From the NCBI GenBank assembly GCA_028748975.1, contig JAQTPI010000002.1, positions 51,213-115,212 on the forward strand: 64,000 nt of DNA, given 5' to 3'. The translations under genes and the position numbers were made by a program. Below are positions 29,260-39,157 of the stretch, piece by piece (position 1 is the first letter of the stretch; the number at the start of each line of letters is the position of its first letter). The notes below the pieces were generated by a model. It was not told the DNA's origin and made no database searches. It was given only the letters and a program-made list of their open reading frames with translations. This stretch comes from Patescibacteria group bacterium. Lineage in GTDB: Bacteria > Patescibacteriota > Patescibacteriia > UBA2196.

Positions 29260-29578
29260 GTTTTATCATAATTTAGTAGAAAAAATTTTAGATGGTGAGA
29301 AAACTGTCACTTGGCGGATGTTTGATGATAAAAATTTAACTATTGGCGACCAATTGGAATTTATAGAAACAGAAACCGGTGAAAAATTCGCCGAAGCGGA
29401 AATTACCAAGATAGTGGAAAAGAAATTGGGAGCGGTGGAGGAAAAAGGTTTTGACGGTCATGAAACCTATAAAAATCCGGAAGAAATGCTGGCGCAATAC
29501 CAAAAATATTATGGCAATAAAGTAACCAAGGAAACTCTCGTAAAAGTTATTAGTTTTAAATTATTAAAACATGCCTAA
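29246..29578 (+). CDS. ASCH (PUA-like) domain protein
   Basis: TWR...GD pattern typical of ASCH. 110 aa. Confidence 0.5.
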   Translation: MKTLKFYHNLVEKILDGEKTVTWRMFDDKNLTIGDQLEFIETETGEKFAEAEITKIVEKKLGAVEEKGFDGHETYKNPEEMLAQYQKYYGNKVTKETLVKVISFKLLKHA

Positions 29579-30656
29579 ACTTAAAATTGCCATTCTTTTT
29601 GGCGGAAAATCGGTGGAGCATGAGGTTTCCATCCAGTCGGCTAAAAACGTTTTTTCGGCTTTGAATAAAAAGAAATATCTGCCGATTTTGATTTATCTTG
29701 ATAAAAATAATCACTGGTTTTTGGCAAACGAAAAATCTTTAATTAATTTTGCTTATCATTCAAAATTCAAAAATATTGGCGCGGAAGTTGCTCTAGTTCC
29801 CGGCGGTAATGGAAAAATTATTAATCTGGCCAAGCCCAGACAAACAATTAAAGTTGATGTAGTTTTTCCGGTGCTTCACGGAACTTTTGGCGAAGACGGC
29901 ACAATTCAAGGACTTTTAAAATTAGCAGGGATTCCTTTTGTCGGCGCTTCAGTTTTAGGTTCGGCCGTGGGCATGGATAAAGAAATTACTAAAAATCTTT
30001 TAAAAAATGCTGGCTTGCCAATCGGCAAATTTTTAACTTTTAGAAAAAAAGAAAAAATTAATCTGAAAGAAATAATAAAAAAATTAGGTTTGCCACTTTT
30101 TATCAAACCAGTTGCATTAGGTTCGTCTGTTGGTATAAGTAAAGCCAAGAAGGAAAAAGAATTGGCAGTGGCAATCAAAAATGCTTTTAAATATGATAGT
30201 AAAATTTTAGTGGAGGAGTTCGCGAATGGTCGTGAAATTGAGTGCGCGGTTTTGGGTAATGAAAACCCAAAAGCCTCGCCGCCGGGAGAAATTATTTCCA
30301 CTCACGAATTTTATTCTTATGAAGCAAAGTATCTGGATGAAAACGGGGCGCGATTAGCAATTCCAGCCAAACTGCCAAAAAATATAGCGGAAAAAATAAA
30401 AAAATTGGCCGTGGAGGCATTTGGGGTTTTATCTTGCGAAGGCATGGCGCGTGTTGATTTTTTTCTAAAAAAAGACGGTGAAATTTTAATTAATGAAATT
30501 AATACTATCCCTGGTTTTACTAAAATCAGCATGTATCCAAAACTCTGGCAATTAACTGGCTTGAGTTACCCACAATTAATTGATGAATTGATAGGATTAG
30601 CCAGAGAAAGATTTGAAAAAGAAAAGAAATTAGAAACAAATTTTAAACTTAAATAA
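29571..30656 (+). CDS. ddl: D-alanine--D-alanine ligase
   Basis: ATP-grasp motifs. N-terminal KIAILFGGKSVEHEVS. Confidence 0.9.
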   Translation: MPKLKIAILFGGKSVEHEVSIQSAKNVFSALNKKKYLPILIYLDKNNHWFLANEKSLINFAYHSKFKNIGAEVALVPGGNGKIINLAKPRQTIKVDVVFPVLHGTFGEDGTIQGLLKLAGIPFVGASVLGSAVGMDKEITKNLLKNAGLPIGKFLTFRKKEKINLKEIIKKLGLPLFIKPVALGSSVGISKAKKEKELAVAIKNAFKYDSKILVEEFANGREIECAVLGNENPKASPPGEIISTHEFYSYEAKYLDENGARLAIPAKLPKNIAEKIKKLAVEAFGVLSCEGMARVDFFLKKDGEILINEINTIPGFTKISMYPKLWQLTGLSYPQLIDELIGLARERFEKEKKLETNFKLK

Positions 30657-30662
30657 AAATTT

Positions 30663-30899
30663 ATGATAGATTTTGAAAAAGAAAACAAAAGACAAGAAAG
30701 GGCGGAGAAGGCGACTGGTTTTTGTGTTACGGAAAAAGTCAAAGTGCCAAATGAGCGGGGCAAGTTTGAGGATTGGGTGGTGGCTGTTCTTGATAAAGAA
30801 ATAGAATTAGCCAAAATCGGCGACGACAGTCAAATCAGGAAAGTTTCGCCTGAAGATTTACGCGCTTGGCAAGAGCAGGCGGAGAGAAATAGAAATTAA
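30663..30899 (+). CDS. hypothetical protein
   Basis: 78-aa ORF. Confidence 0.35.
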   Translation: MIDFEKENKRQERAEKATGFCVTEKVKVPNERGKFEDWVVAVLDKEIELAKIGDDSQIRKVSPEDLRAWQEQAERNRN

Positions 30900-30910
30900 A
30901 AAATAAAATT

Positions 30911-32248
30911 ATGAAAACACCATCAATGGAAAAACCAAAGTCCGTGGAAGCGGGAGTGGAAAAAGAGGCAAAAAAAGAAACCTGGGAAAGCGCCTTGGAT
31001 TCTTGGGTTGAGCAAAAAATTCAAAAAGAACTGGACCGGGTTGTGCGCGAAAAATATAAAGGCAAAAATGAAAGTGTTGTTGCCAGCATGAAAAAAGAAT
31101 GGCCCAATCGAGTGGAAGCAGAGGATAGATTAAAAGCAAAATTAAAAACTGTTTTGCCGCGGGCTTTCCATAACTTTGCAGTCCACGGCACGCCAATGGT
31201 TAATGGAGAGGGGAAAAGAATAATTTCTAAATATACGGATTTGGATGCGAAAACGTGTTTGGGGCTCATTCAGTTGGTAGAGAAAGATTTACCGATAAAA
31301 GCAAAAAATAAAATAAACTCGGAAAGAATATCACACGTGGATTTTTCCGATCGTCCGGCAGCCACCGTTCTTTTGGATGTGGGACAATATGATGGCGTGG
31401 CGCTTTTAAAAGAAGTTGATGAGGGATTGGAGACCATTGATTTGGCAGAAAAAGAAAAAATTTTACAAAAAAAGAGACATGATTTTTTCTTAAAATTAGG
31501 CTTGATTATTGATCATCACCCGGAAAGCGAAACACCATCAGCCACCGGCATGCTGTTTAAAATTCTGGATAAACTGGCGATGTTTGACGGGCAAAAAGAA
31601 ATCAGTCGGGAAGATAAAGCCAAATTAAAAAAGATGATTGAATTTGTCAATGTTGTTGACAGTAACGGTTTTCAGGCCGTTGGCGCGCCTGATCATTTCC
31701 AAAAATCAGACCGGACGCTTTTGGGCTTAAATCGTTTCCTTAATTTCAACGCTCTTTGGGACTACTTTAAAAATACCAGCGGAAATTTTACCAGAGAGCT
31801 CGGTGACGGTGAATTACAGAGATTGGGTTTAATTTATAAAGATAAAAACGGAAAAATAATTAATCGCCAGGAACAGCAAAGAAAAGTTATTGATAGTTCA
31901 CGGGAAAAAATTCAGGAATTGGAAAAAGGCGGTTTTGTGATTGAGACAAAATTTGGCAAAGTAATTATTGATATTGACAGTAAATTAGGCGGTGGAACTT
32001 TTGCTGCGCAGTCAATTGGCGCCGGTTATCTAAAATGGGATTCAAAGACAGATACTTTGTTTTTGTTTATTGATAAGGAATTGCCGGAAGATTTGTTTGA
32101 TTATGGCACGAGAGTGAGAAAATCATTGTGGGTTATGTCAGCTGGCAGTGGAAAAACAAAACTGGGTTTAAAAGGAGTGATTGAACGCTTGGGTGGCCAA
32201 GTCGCGCCTGGCAGCAAACTGGAAGAATATTTAAATCAAAATCAATAA
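30911..32248 (+). CDS. DHH/DHHA1-like phosphoesterase family protein with long Lys-rich N-terminal extension
   Basis: IDHHPE (DHH-like) and LGGGTFAAQS (GGGH-like DHHA1) motifs. Tentative. Confidence 0.4.
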   Translation: MKTPSMEKPKSVEAGVEKEAKKETWESALDSWVEQKIQKELDRVVREKYKGKNESVVASMKKEWPNRVEAEDRLKAKLKTVLPRAFHNFAVHGTPMVNGEGKRIISKYTDLDAKTCLGLIQLVEKDLPIKAKNKINSERISHVDFSDRPAATVLLDVGQYDGVALLKEVDEGLETIDLAEKEKILQKKRHDFFLKLGLIIDHHPESETPSATGMLFKILDKLAMFDGQKEISREDKAKLKKMIEFVNVVDSNGFQAVGAPDHFQKSDRTLLGLNRFLNFNALWDYFKNTSGNFTRELGDGELQRLGLIYKDKNGKIINRQEQQRKVIDSSREKIQELEKGGFVIETKFGKVIIDIDSKLGGGTFAAQSIGAGYLKWDSKTDTLFLFIDKELPEDLFDYGTRVRKSLWVMSAGSGKTKLGLKGVIERLGGQVAPGSKLEEYLNQNQ

Positions 32249-32253
32249 AAAGA

Positions 32254-32347
32254 ATGTCATTCCGAGCGAAGCCCGCTTCGACTGCGAAGCGAGGCGAGCG
32301 ATGGAATCTCTTATAGTTAAAAGACGAGATCCTTCCCCCGCATTTGC
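32254..32347. mobile_element. MITE-like element, gtcattccgag ... tcaggatgac
   Basis: Terminal inverted repeats. Overlaps the first in-frame ATG of the downstream PduL ORF. Confidence 0.55.
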
Positions 32348-32373
32348 GGGGTCAGGATGACACCACCATTAAT

Positions 32374-32964
32374 ATGAAAAACCAAAAAAGAACTATTATA
32401 TCGGTCGAAGTGTCGGCGCGGCACATCCACTTAAGCCAAAAAGATTTGGAAAAACTTTTTGGCCAGAAGTATAAATTGAATAAATTGCGCGACCTGTCGC
32501 AAAAAGGCGAATTTGCCAGTAAAGAAACGGTTTCCCTGGCTTCGCGTGTTAAGGGTTTTATTGATAAAGTTAGGGTTTTGGGCCCGGTGCGCAAGGAAAC
32601 GCAGGTGGAGCTGGCGCAAACAGACGTTATTAAATTGGGGATTGAGGCACCGCTCGCGGTTTCCGGCGATTTACAAAAAGTTAAACCGGTTTTGGAAGTG
32701 CGCGGGCCAAAAGGAAAAATTATGGCCAAGGCCATTGTGGCCAAACGGCATGTGCATTGTTCGCCAGCGGAAGCAAAAAAAATTGGTTTAAAAAACGGGC
32801 AAAAAGTTAAAATTGAAATAATGGGGGAGCGGGGATTGGTTTTTGACAACGTCGTGGTGCGCGTGGCGCCAAAAATGGTGATGTCTTGCCACATTGATAC
32901 GGATGAAGCCAATGCAGCCGGGCTTGGCAAAATTTGTGGAGTAGGAAAGTTAATTAGTTCTTAA
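32374..32964 (+). CDS. pduL: phosphate acyltransferase PduL-type (phosphotransacetylase)
   Basis: Two PduL repeats with ARHIHL / KRHVHC. Also RVLGPVRKETQVELAQTD and HIDTDEANAAGL, matching Salmonella PduL. Confidence 0.8.
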   Translation: MKNQKRTIISVEVSARHIHLSQKDLEKLFGQKYKLNKLRDLSQKGEFASKETVSLASRVKGFIDKVRVLGPVRKETQVELAQTDVIKLGIEAPLAVSGDLQKVKPVLEVRGPKGKIMAKAIVAKRHVHCSPAEAKKIGLKNGQKVKIEIMGERGLVFDNVVVRVAPKMVMSCHIDTDEANAAGLGKICGVGKLISS

Positions 32965-33189
32965 AGTTATTTAAAAGCTACGAATGTACTAATAAAACGA
33001 ATGTACGAATCCGTCGTTATCCCCTCCTTTCGAAGGAGGGGTGCGAGCGAGAGCGAGCGGGGTGGTTGTGGTGAAATACTTTTTACAACCCCTCCCTCCG
33101 ACTGCTGTCGGAGACCTCCCCTTCGAAAGGGGAGGATAACCAACGCACAATTAGTATATTCGTACGATTCGTAAATTCGTAGATATTTT

Positions 33190-34311
33190 ATGGAAACATT
33201 ACTTGTTCTCAACCTTGGTTCCACTTCCTTCAAATACGAATTATTCAATGCGGAAGATTTGGCGACCATAAATAAAGGCCAGTATGACCTACAATTAACA
33301 ATTAATAGACAACAGACAACAGACAACAGACAACCGAGCGACGAACTACAGGAAGAAGTGGACAGACTTTTTCGCGAGGTTTTACGCCAAGCTGGTGATA
33401 TTAGCGAACTAATGGCGGTTGGCCACCGCGTGGTCCACGGCGGCGACAAATTTTTTGCCACGCAGAAAATTAAGGAAAATGAAATTACGGAATTGGAACA
33501 GCTGAATTCTTTGGCGCCGTTGCACAATCCTTTCAATCTTGCCGGCATCAAGGCGGCCTTTGGCTATCTGCCAGAGACGCCAAATTTCGCTGTTTTTGAC
33601 ACGGGCTTTTTTAAAGATTTGCCGGAAGCGGCTAAAGTTTACCCGATTCCATACGAATATTATGAAAAAGGAATTCATAAATTTGGCTTTCATGGCATTT
33701 CGCATAAATTCGCAGCGGAAGAAGCAGCCAAAGAAATTAATAAGCCTTTGGAAAAAATAAATGTCATCAGCGTGCACCTCGGCGGCGGCGCTTCTGTTTC
33801 CGCCACGCACCATGGCAAACCAATTGACACCTCCATGGGTTTTACGCCAATGGAAGGACTGATGATGGCGACGCGGCCGGGCGATTTAGATCCGGGGGTA
33901 ATAATACAGATGCTCACAGATTTATTACAGATGGACACAGATACACAGATAAATGACGCAAAAACAATTATAGAAAAAATAAATTATATCTTAAATTATG
34001 AATCCGGCGTTAAAGGCATTTGCGGGCAAACCGATTATCTGGAACTTTTAAAAGCCGCGACCTTTGACCCCAGAGCCAAACTGGCTTTTGATATGTTTAT
34101 TAACCGGATTAAAAAATATATCGGCGCCTATGCCGCTTTGCTTGGCGAAGTTGATGCCCTGGTTTTCACCGGCAAAATCGGCGCGGGCAAACCGGAGACA
34201 AGAAAAAAGATTTGTGATAAAATGGGTATACTTAAAGACGTGCCAGTAATAGTGGTGGAGCCGCACGAGGAGTTGGAAATAGCGAGAGAAATTGCAAGTA
34301 AAAACAGATAG
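33190..34311 (+). CDS. ackA: acetate kinase
   Basis: LVLNLGSTSFKYELF N-terminus. ASKHS-family motifs. Carries low-complexity inserts at 33291-33337 and 33905-33952. Confidence 0.85.
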   Translation: METLLVLNLGSTSFKYELFNAEDLATINKGQYDLQLTINRQQTTDNRQPSDELQEEVDRLFREVLRQAGDISELMAVGHRVVHGGDKFFATQKIKENEITELEQLNSLAPLHNPFNLAGIKAAFGYLPETPNFAVFDTGFFKDLPEAAKVYPIPYEYYEKGIHKFGFHGISHKFAAEEAAKEINKPLEKINVISVHLGGGASVSATHHGKPIDTSMGFTPMEGLMMATRPGDLDPGVIIQMLTDLLQMDTDTQINDAKTIIEKINYILNYESGVKGICGQTDYLELLKAATFDPRAKLAFDMFINRIKKYIGAYAALLGEVDALVFTGKIGAGKPETRKKICDKMGILKDVPVIVVEPHEELEIAREIASKNR

Positions 34312-34389
34312 ACACAGATTGAATACGGATTTTCACAGATACACAAATAATAAAATAAATCTACATAAATAAAAACAAAAAATTATTTT

Positions 34390-34809
34390 ATGGATACCGA
34401 TAATTTTTTAGAAAAAGATTTAAGTTATGAAATAGTCGGTTGTTTTTTTGATGTTAGAAACAAATATGGTTCGGCTCACAATGAAAGAGTCTATCATCGC
34501 ACGCTCGCAGAACAGTTTGATATTAAAAAAATAAAATATATTTCTGAGCCAAAAATAGAAGTTTTTTCTCTTGATACTGGGAGAGTAATTGCCCAATACG
34601 TGCCGGACTTTTTAGTGGAAGATAAAATAGTGATAGAATTAAAAGCCAAGGATTTTAATAGTAGTAAATCTTATAGACAAACATTGGAATATTTGAAGGC
34701 CTCAAAATATGAAATTGCTTATTTAGTAAATTTTGGAGAGGAAAATTTTAAACCAGTTAGATTGATTTACACAAATAATAGAAAAAATTTTATATCATTA
34801 ATTAAATAA
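34390..34809 (+). CDS. GxxExxY family protein (PD-(D/E)XK-like)
   Basis: EIVGCFFDV...GSAHNERVY and DFLVEDKIVIELKA motifs typical of the GxxExxY family. Confidence 0.6.
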   Translation: MDTDNFLEKDLSYEIVGCFFDVRNKYGSAHNERVYHRTLAEQFDIKKIKYISEPKIEVFSLDTGRVIAQYVPDFLVEDKIVIELKAKDFNSSKSYRQTLEYLKASKYEIAYLVNFGEENFKPVRLIYTNNRKNFISLIK

Positions 34810-34856
34810 AAACAGATCTGTGTATCTGTGCAAATCTGTTTTTTATCTGTGAAAAT

Positions 34857-36698
34857 ATGTTAAGTATCAAAATCGCCGGACCCGCGGGGTTCGGAATAAA
34901 AGTCACTGGTTCAATTTTAGCCAAGGTATTTTTACGCCTTGGATATTCTGTTTTTGCCTACACCGAATATCCGTCATTAATTCGTGGCGGGCATAACACT
35001 TTTCAAGTGGACGTTAATGGAGAATGTCATCCCGAGGACTCCGACATCACGTCGGAAGACGAGGGATCTCGTAAGTTTTCTGGTGTCAACTCTCCCAGCT
35101 CCAAAGTGGACATTCTCATCGCTTTGACAGGTGAAGCTATAGAAAAAGAAAAAGATAATTTAAAGAAAGACAGCCTGGTCATTTGTGATGATACATTAAA
35201 ACATGAAAGCATTAAAACATTAAAACAAAAGGGAACAAATATTATTGATATTCCCTTAATTGAATTCGCCAAAAAAAATGGCGGAGAATTAATGAAAAAT
35301 ACAGTCGCGCTTGGAGCTTTGTTTGCCATCATCGATAATGTCATTCCGAGGAGCGGGGCGACGAGGAATCTCGTCGAAACATTAAATAAAGTACTCGAAG
35401 ATACTTTTGGTCATAAGGGCGTCGTGGCAGAACAAAACGTAAAAGCAGCGGCAGAGGGCTACGAGTGGCTAAAAAACAATAAAGACAAAATAAAATCTAC
35501 GAGATCCCTCGTCATTCCGACTGCGGCCGGAACTCCTCGGGATGACATTTTACTGCTCATCTCTGGCAACCAGGCCTGCGCTCTCGGCGCCGTGGCCGCC
35601 GGCTGCCAACTCTATTCTGCCTACCCCATGACTCCGGCCACGGAAATTTTGCATTATTTGGAAGCCAAACAAAAAGAAACAAAAATGATTGTGCACCAGC
35701 CCGAAGATGAAATTGCCGCCATTCACGCCGCGCTGGGCGCTTCTTTTGCCGGCGCGAGATCCGCAGTAGGCACTTCTGGCGGCGGTTTTGCCTTAATGAC
35801 CGAGGGACTGTCCTTGGCAGGGCAATTAGAGCTTCCTTTGGTCATTTTTGAGGTTATGCGCCCGGCTCCGGCCACGGGACTACCCACCTGGACCGAACAA
35901 GGCGATTTATCTTTTGTCCTTAATGCCGGCCATGGTGATTTTGCCAGAGCAATTCTGGCTCCCGGCAATCCGGCTGAATGTTTTGAATTAACTCAAAAAG
36001 CCTTCAACCTCGCTGACCAGTTTCAAATTCCGGTTTTTGTCATGACTGATAAATTGCTTGGTGAATCATATTACACCACTGATGAAAAAATATTTAATAA
36101 TATTGAAAAAGTGAATCGGGGAAAAATTATTGGTAATCAGAAATTAGAAATCGGAAATCAGGGACTAAACGAATTATTTGCTCGCTACAAACTGGAAAAA
36201 GATGGCGTGTCACCGCGCACCATACCAGGTACTGAAGGCGGCGAATATGTTGCCAATTCTGATGAACACGATGAGTTTGGAATCTCCAGCGAAAGCGCGG
36301 AAATAAGAAAAGAACAAATGGACAAACGCCTGAAAAAACTGGCGGAATTGCAAAAAGAAATTCCTCTGCCGACTTTGTATGGCCCGAAAGACGCGAAGAC
36401 GACTTTGGTTTGCTGGGGTTCAATGCTGGGAGCTTGTTTGGATACATTAAAACATGAAAGCATTAAAGCATTAAAGCAAAATAACATAAACATCCTGCAT
36501 TTTTCCTATATTTATCCGCTGCCAATGGGATTAACGGAATTTTTAAAGAAATTTAATAATTTAGTGCTGGTGGAAAACAACGCCAGCGGCCACTTTGGCA
36601 AACTCTTGCGCCAAGAAACCGGCATAGAGATTAAAGATAAATTATTAAAGTATGATGGGAGACCTTTCTGGTCAGACGAGATAGCCAAACTTTTATAA
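34857..36698 (+). CDS. 2-oxoacid:ferredoxin oxidoreductase, fused gamma-alpha subunit (carries six in-frame repeat insertions)
   Basis: Gamma domain N-terminus (AGPAGFGIKVTGSIL) followed by alpha domain (GNQACALGAVAAGC...YPMTPATEIL). Inserts at 35035-35081, 35193-35229, 35339-35374, 35500-35547, 36131-36162 and 36443-36476. Confidence 0.8.
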   Translation: MLSIKIAGPAGFGIKVTGSILAKVFLRLGYSVFAYTEYPSLIRGGHNTFQVDVNGECHPEDSDITSEDEGSRKFSGVNSPSSKVDILIALTGEAIEKEKDNLKKDSLVICDDTLKHESIKTLKQKGTNIIDIPLIEFAKKNGGELMKNTVALGALFAIIDNVIPRSGATRNLVETLNKVLEDTFGHKGVVAEQNVKAAAEGYEWLKNNKDKIKSTRSLVIPTAAGTPRDDILLLISGNQACALGAVAAGCQLYSAYPMTPATEILHYLEAKQKETKMIVHQPEDEIAAIHAALGASFAGARSAVGTSGGGFALMTEGLSLAGQLELPLVIFEVMRPAPATGLPTWTEQGDLSFVLNAGHGDFARAILAPGNPAECFELTQKAFNLADQFQIPVFVMTDKLLGESYYTTDEKIFNNIEKVNRGKIIGNQKLEIGNQGLNELFARYKLEKDGVSPRTIPGTEGGEYVANSDEHDEFGISSESAEIRKEQMDKRLKKLAELQKEIPLPTLYGPKDAKTTLVCWGSMLGACLDTLKHESIKALKQNNINILHFSYIYPLPMGLTEFLKKFNNLVLVENNASGHFGKLLRQETGIEIKDKLLKYDGRPFWSDEIAKLL

Positions 36699-36715
36699 AA
36701 ACAAAAAAAATAAGT

Positions 36716-36780
36716 TTATCCGCCGTAGTCCAATAGGGTTGAAAGTCCTCTATGGTTGATGGGGCGAAGGCGGATAAACA
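36716..36780 (+). repeat. Element C copy, followed by a duplicated gene 3' end (36795-36835)
   Basis: tttatccgccgtagt...gaaggcggataaac. Then atgatggccggccgttttggagcgatgagataa mimics the last codons of the upstream gene. Confidence 0.5.
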
Positions 36781-37063
36781 CAGAAAATATTAAAATATGA
36801 TGGCCGGCCGTTTTGGAGCGATGAGATAATAAAAGTAATAAGTAATAAGTAACTAGTAATAAGGGAGTTGTTAGAGACCCCTCTCCTTACCAAGGAGAGG
36901 GCAGGGTGAGGTTTATACACTTCGCCGATAGGCGCATATAATTTATTATTCGTACATTCGTCCCGAGTACTCGGGATTTGTAATTCGTAGTAGGCCGCTT
37001 TAGCGGCCAAAAAAAATCCGGCCACCAGAGATACTGGCAGCCGGTAAGGAGGAGGAAATTTGT

Positions 37064-37387
37064 TTAATTGTTTTCGGAATTTTCGAAACCGAGCATTTTG
37101 CTGACGGTCTCGGCGATTCCTTTTTCCGCCCAGATCCCCACGCAGCCGGGCATTTCAAGATCTGGCCGGTGCGGGGCGTAAACTCGTACGTATTCAAGAA
37201 AGATTCCTTGAATGCCCCCTTGGCGCAGTGCCATGATTTGTTTTATAGTGTCTCCACCAACCCTGGCATTGCGCAGAAAGACAAAAGAAGCGCCCTCCAG
37301 AACATCTGTTCTGGGTTCTGGCCAAGGGTGACGGTGGCACAAGGGACAACCACCAGGTTTGCCTTCTTCTCGGCACTTTGGACACAT
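37064..37387 (-). CDS. hypothetical protein with N-terminal Cys4 zinc ribbon
   Basis: CPKC...CPLC. Confidence 0.35.
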   Translation of the reverse strand: MCPKCREEGKPGGCPLCHRHPWPEPRTDVLEGASFVFLRNARVGGDTIKQIMALRQGGIQGIFLEYVRVYAPHRPDLEMPGCVGIWAEKGIAETVSKMLGFENSENN

Positions 37388-37555
37388 ATACCCTCCTTAA
37401 AAGCGTTATTTGAGCTTATTTTTACCCTCTTTTTGGGGATAATATTAATTATAGCATATCTAAAAATTATTGTCAAGCGAGTTATCCACAAAAAAATGGC
37501 CGGACAACTGAATATTGTCCGGCCAAAGAGTAGTGCTTAAATTAGGATGCTTATT

Positions 37556-37771
37556 TCATCTTTTATTAATGATGGCTGAAATGTATGAAACATCAATGAA
37601 AAGACCGATAATCGTGACTATAATTAGGAGAGGAAGCCAGCTGCCTCCAATTATCACGCATAGATATATTACCAGAACGGTTCTTGGGAGAAAGAAAGCA
37701 ACAATTAACCAAAAACAGATTCCCCAAAAAGTAAACATAGTTTCCTCCTTCTTGTTTGTGTGAATGTTCAA
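37556..37771 (-). CDS. small membrane protein
   Basis: Two hydrophobic helices. Hairpin terminator at 37497-37523. Confidence 0.3.
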   Translation of the reverse strand: MNIHTNKKEETMFTFWGICFWLIVAFFLPRTVLVIYLCVIIGGSWLPLLIIVTIIGLFIDVSYISAIINKR

Positions 37772-37807
37772 TTTAATCTAAAATAACCCTATCATATCTA
37801 AAATTTT

Positions 37808-38161
37808 ATGTCAAACCCTAAAATAGTAAAAGACAAAATTAAATTGTTGGAAATTGAAGAAATGGCAAAAAATCGTTTTGGCAACCTGGTTAAGGCCGTG
37901 GTTGATGTGGAACAAAATTTAATGGCGCTGGATGCCGAAATGCATGTGGACGAAGAACAGTTGCTTTTGAGTTCCGGTTCCAAACAAGAAAATCTTTGGG
38001 GTATAAATTTGTATCCAGAATTTTTTGGCAGGCCGGATTTTGTGGAATTTGATTCCATGATTAATCTGCGTCCCAATCAAAACAATCGCAGTCGGGGAGT
38101 GGAGAGTGTGGAAGTACAAAAAAAGATTATTGAAATTGTAAATAATTTAATAGAAAAATAG
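37808..38161 (+). CDS. hypothetical protein
   Basis: 117-aa ORF. Its promoter region is duplicated at 43020-43065. Confidence 0.45.
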   Translation: MSNPKIVKDKIKLLEIEEMAKNRFGNLVKAVVDVEQNLMALDAEMHVDEEQLLLSSGSKQENLWGINLYPEFFGRPDFVEFDSMINLRPNQNNRSRGVESVEVQKKIIEIVNNLIEK

Positions 38162-38278
38162 TATCCCCTCCTTTCGAAGGAGGGGTGGCCGATCGCAATC
38201 GGCCGGGGTGGTTGTGGTAAAATGTTTTTACAACCCCTCCGCGCCTCCCCTTCGAAAGGGGAGGATAATATAACGATT

Positions 38279-38608
38279 ATGTCGCAACAACACAAACAAA
38301 TGGCCGCCGGCCGCTGGCTGGAATTTTCTTTAATGGAACAACTCGCCAACATCGGCAGTGAAATTGAACGCGCCATTAAATGGAAAAACAAAAATAATTT
38401 GCCTTATAGCCAAAGCGCTTTTGAAAGAGGATTGGAACTTTTGGATTTGACCGTGGCTGATGAAAAAAACAAAACCCGCCTGAAAGAATTATTGCGCCTA
38501 AGAGAAATGCTCGCTGATTATTTTTTCTTTAATAATGAATATAAAACAGATGACCAAAGCTGGCAAAAATATTTTTACGCCTTCAACTACGCCGCGAGAA
38601 ATAAATAA
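38279..38608 (+). CDS. hypothetical protein
   Basis: Start moved past the P-family repeat to MSQQHKQ. Confidence 0.4.
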   Translation: MSQQHKQMAAGRWLEFSLMEQLANIGSEIERAIKWKNKNNLPYSQSAFERGLELLDLTVADEKNKTRLKELLRLREMLADYFFFNNEYKTDDQSWQKYFYAFNYAARNK

Positions 38609-38615
38609 AAAAAAT

Positions 38616-38641
38616 CGGCTGGCCAGATGGCTGGCCAGCCG
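38616..38641 (-). terminator. terminator hairpin cggctggccagatggctggccagccg
   Basis: T-run on the minus strand. The same hairpin recurs at 41984-42010 and 42694-42720. Confidence 0.6.
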
Positions 38642-38650
38642 AAAGATGAA

Positions 38651-38998
38651 TTAAAACCCAAGGAGTTGTAATGTTAACTTTGCAGCATCTTCCTTTTCGT
38701 CCACTTTATGGGTTGCCCCGTGGGCCAGTAATTCGTCATTAGAACGGGGCGTACCGGAAGAGGCGATAATGATTTTTAAACCAGATCGTGATAGTTTTTC
38801 TACAAAAGGGACGGTGCTCAGTGTTTCATTGTTGATACAGGCGTCTATAATCGCCGCGGCGATGTTAAGGTTTTCTTCAAAAAAGTGATTACACTCATAC
38901 ACCCTGGTAAATCTAACGACTTCAACCTTGCCAGAAAGTATTTTGTTAATCTTTTCGAAGTAAACATCTTCATCTTCTACAACTAGTACCTTTTTCAT
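38651..38998 (-). CDS. stand-alone receiver (REC)-like domain protein, paralogue 1
   Basis: KVLVVEDED acidic pocket. IIDAC (phospho-Asp position). IIASSG and HKVDK. 115 aa. Confidence 0.45.
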   Translation of the reverse strand: MKKVLVVEDEDVYFEKINKILSGKVEVVRFTRVYECNHFFEENLNIAAAIIDACINNETLSTVPFVEKLSRSGLKIIIASSGTPRSNDELLAHGATHKVDEKEDAAKLTLQLLGF

Positions 38999-39051
38999 CC
39001 TATTTTCCTCCTTGGTTTTTATAGGTTAATAAATTATTTGATTAATAAATA

Positions 39052-39080
39052 AGTATAGCACAATTAAAATTTTCTGTCAA
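39052..39080 (-). promoter_or_regulatory. minus-strand promoter ttgaca-17-tatact for REC paralogue 1
   Basis: Read on the reverse complement. About 90 percent identical to 42436-42464. Confidence 0.5.
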
Positions 39081-39157
39081 ACCGTGGTGAAAATAGAAAC
39101 TCGTTAACCCGTTAACTCGTTAATAAAATAATAATTAATTTTTTATATATTAAATCT

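Noticed and set aside
29078-29269. 63-aa minus-strand ORF across the tandem-repeat DNA
   Set aside because: It is an open frame created by simple repeats, with no RBS. The plus-strand reading is equally open and is reported only as a low-confidence curiosity.
32352-32930. 192-aa antisense ORF across pduL
   Set aside because: The plus-strand frame has an unmistakable PduL signature. The antisense frame is a shadow.
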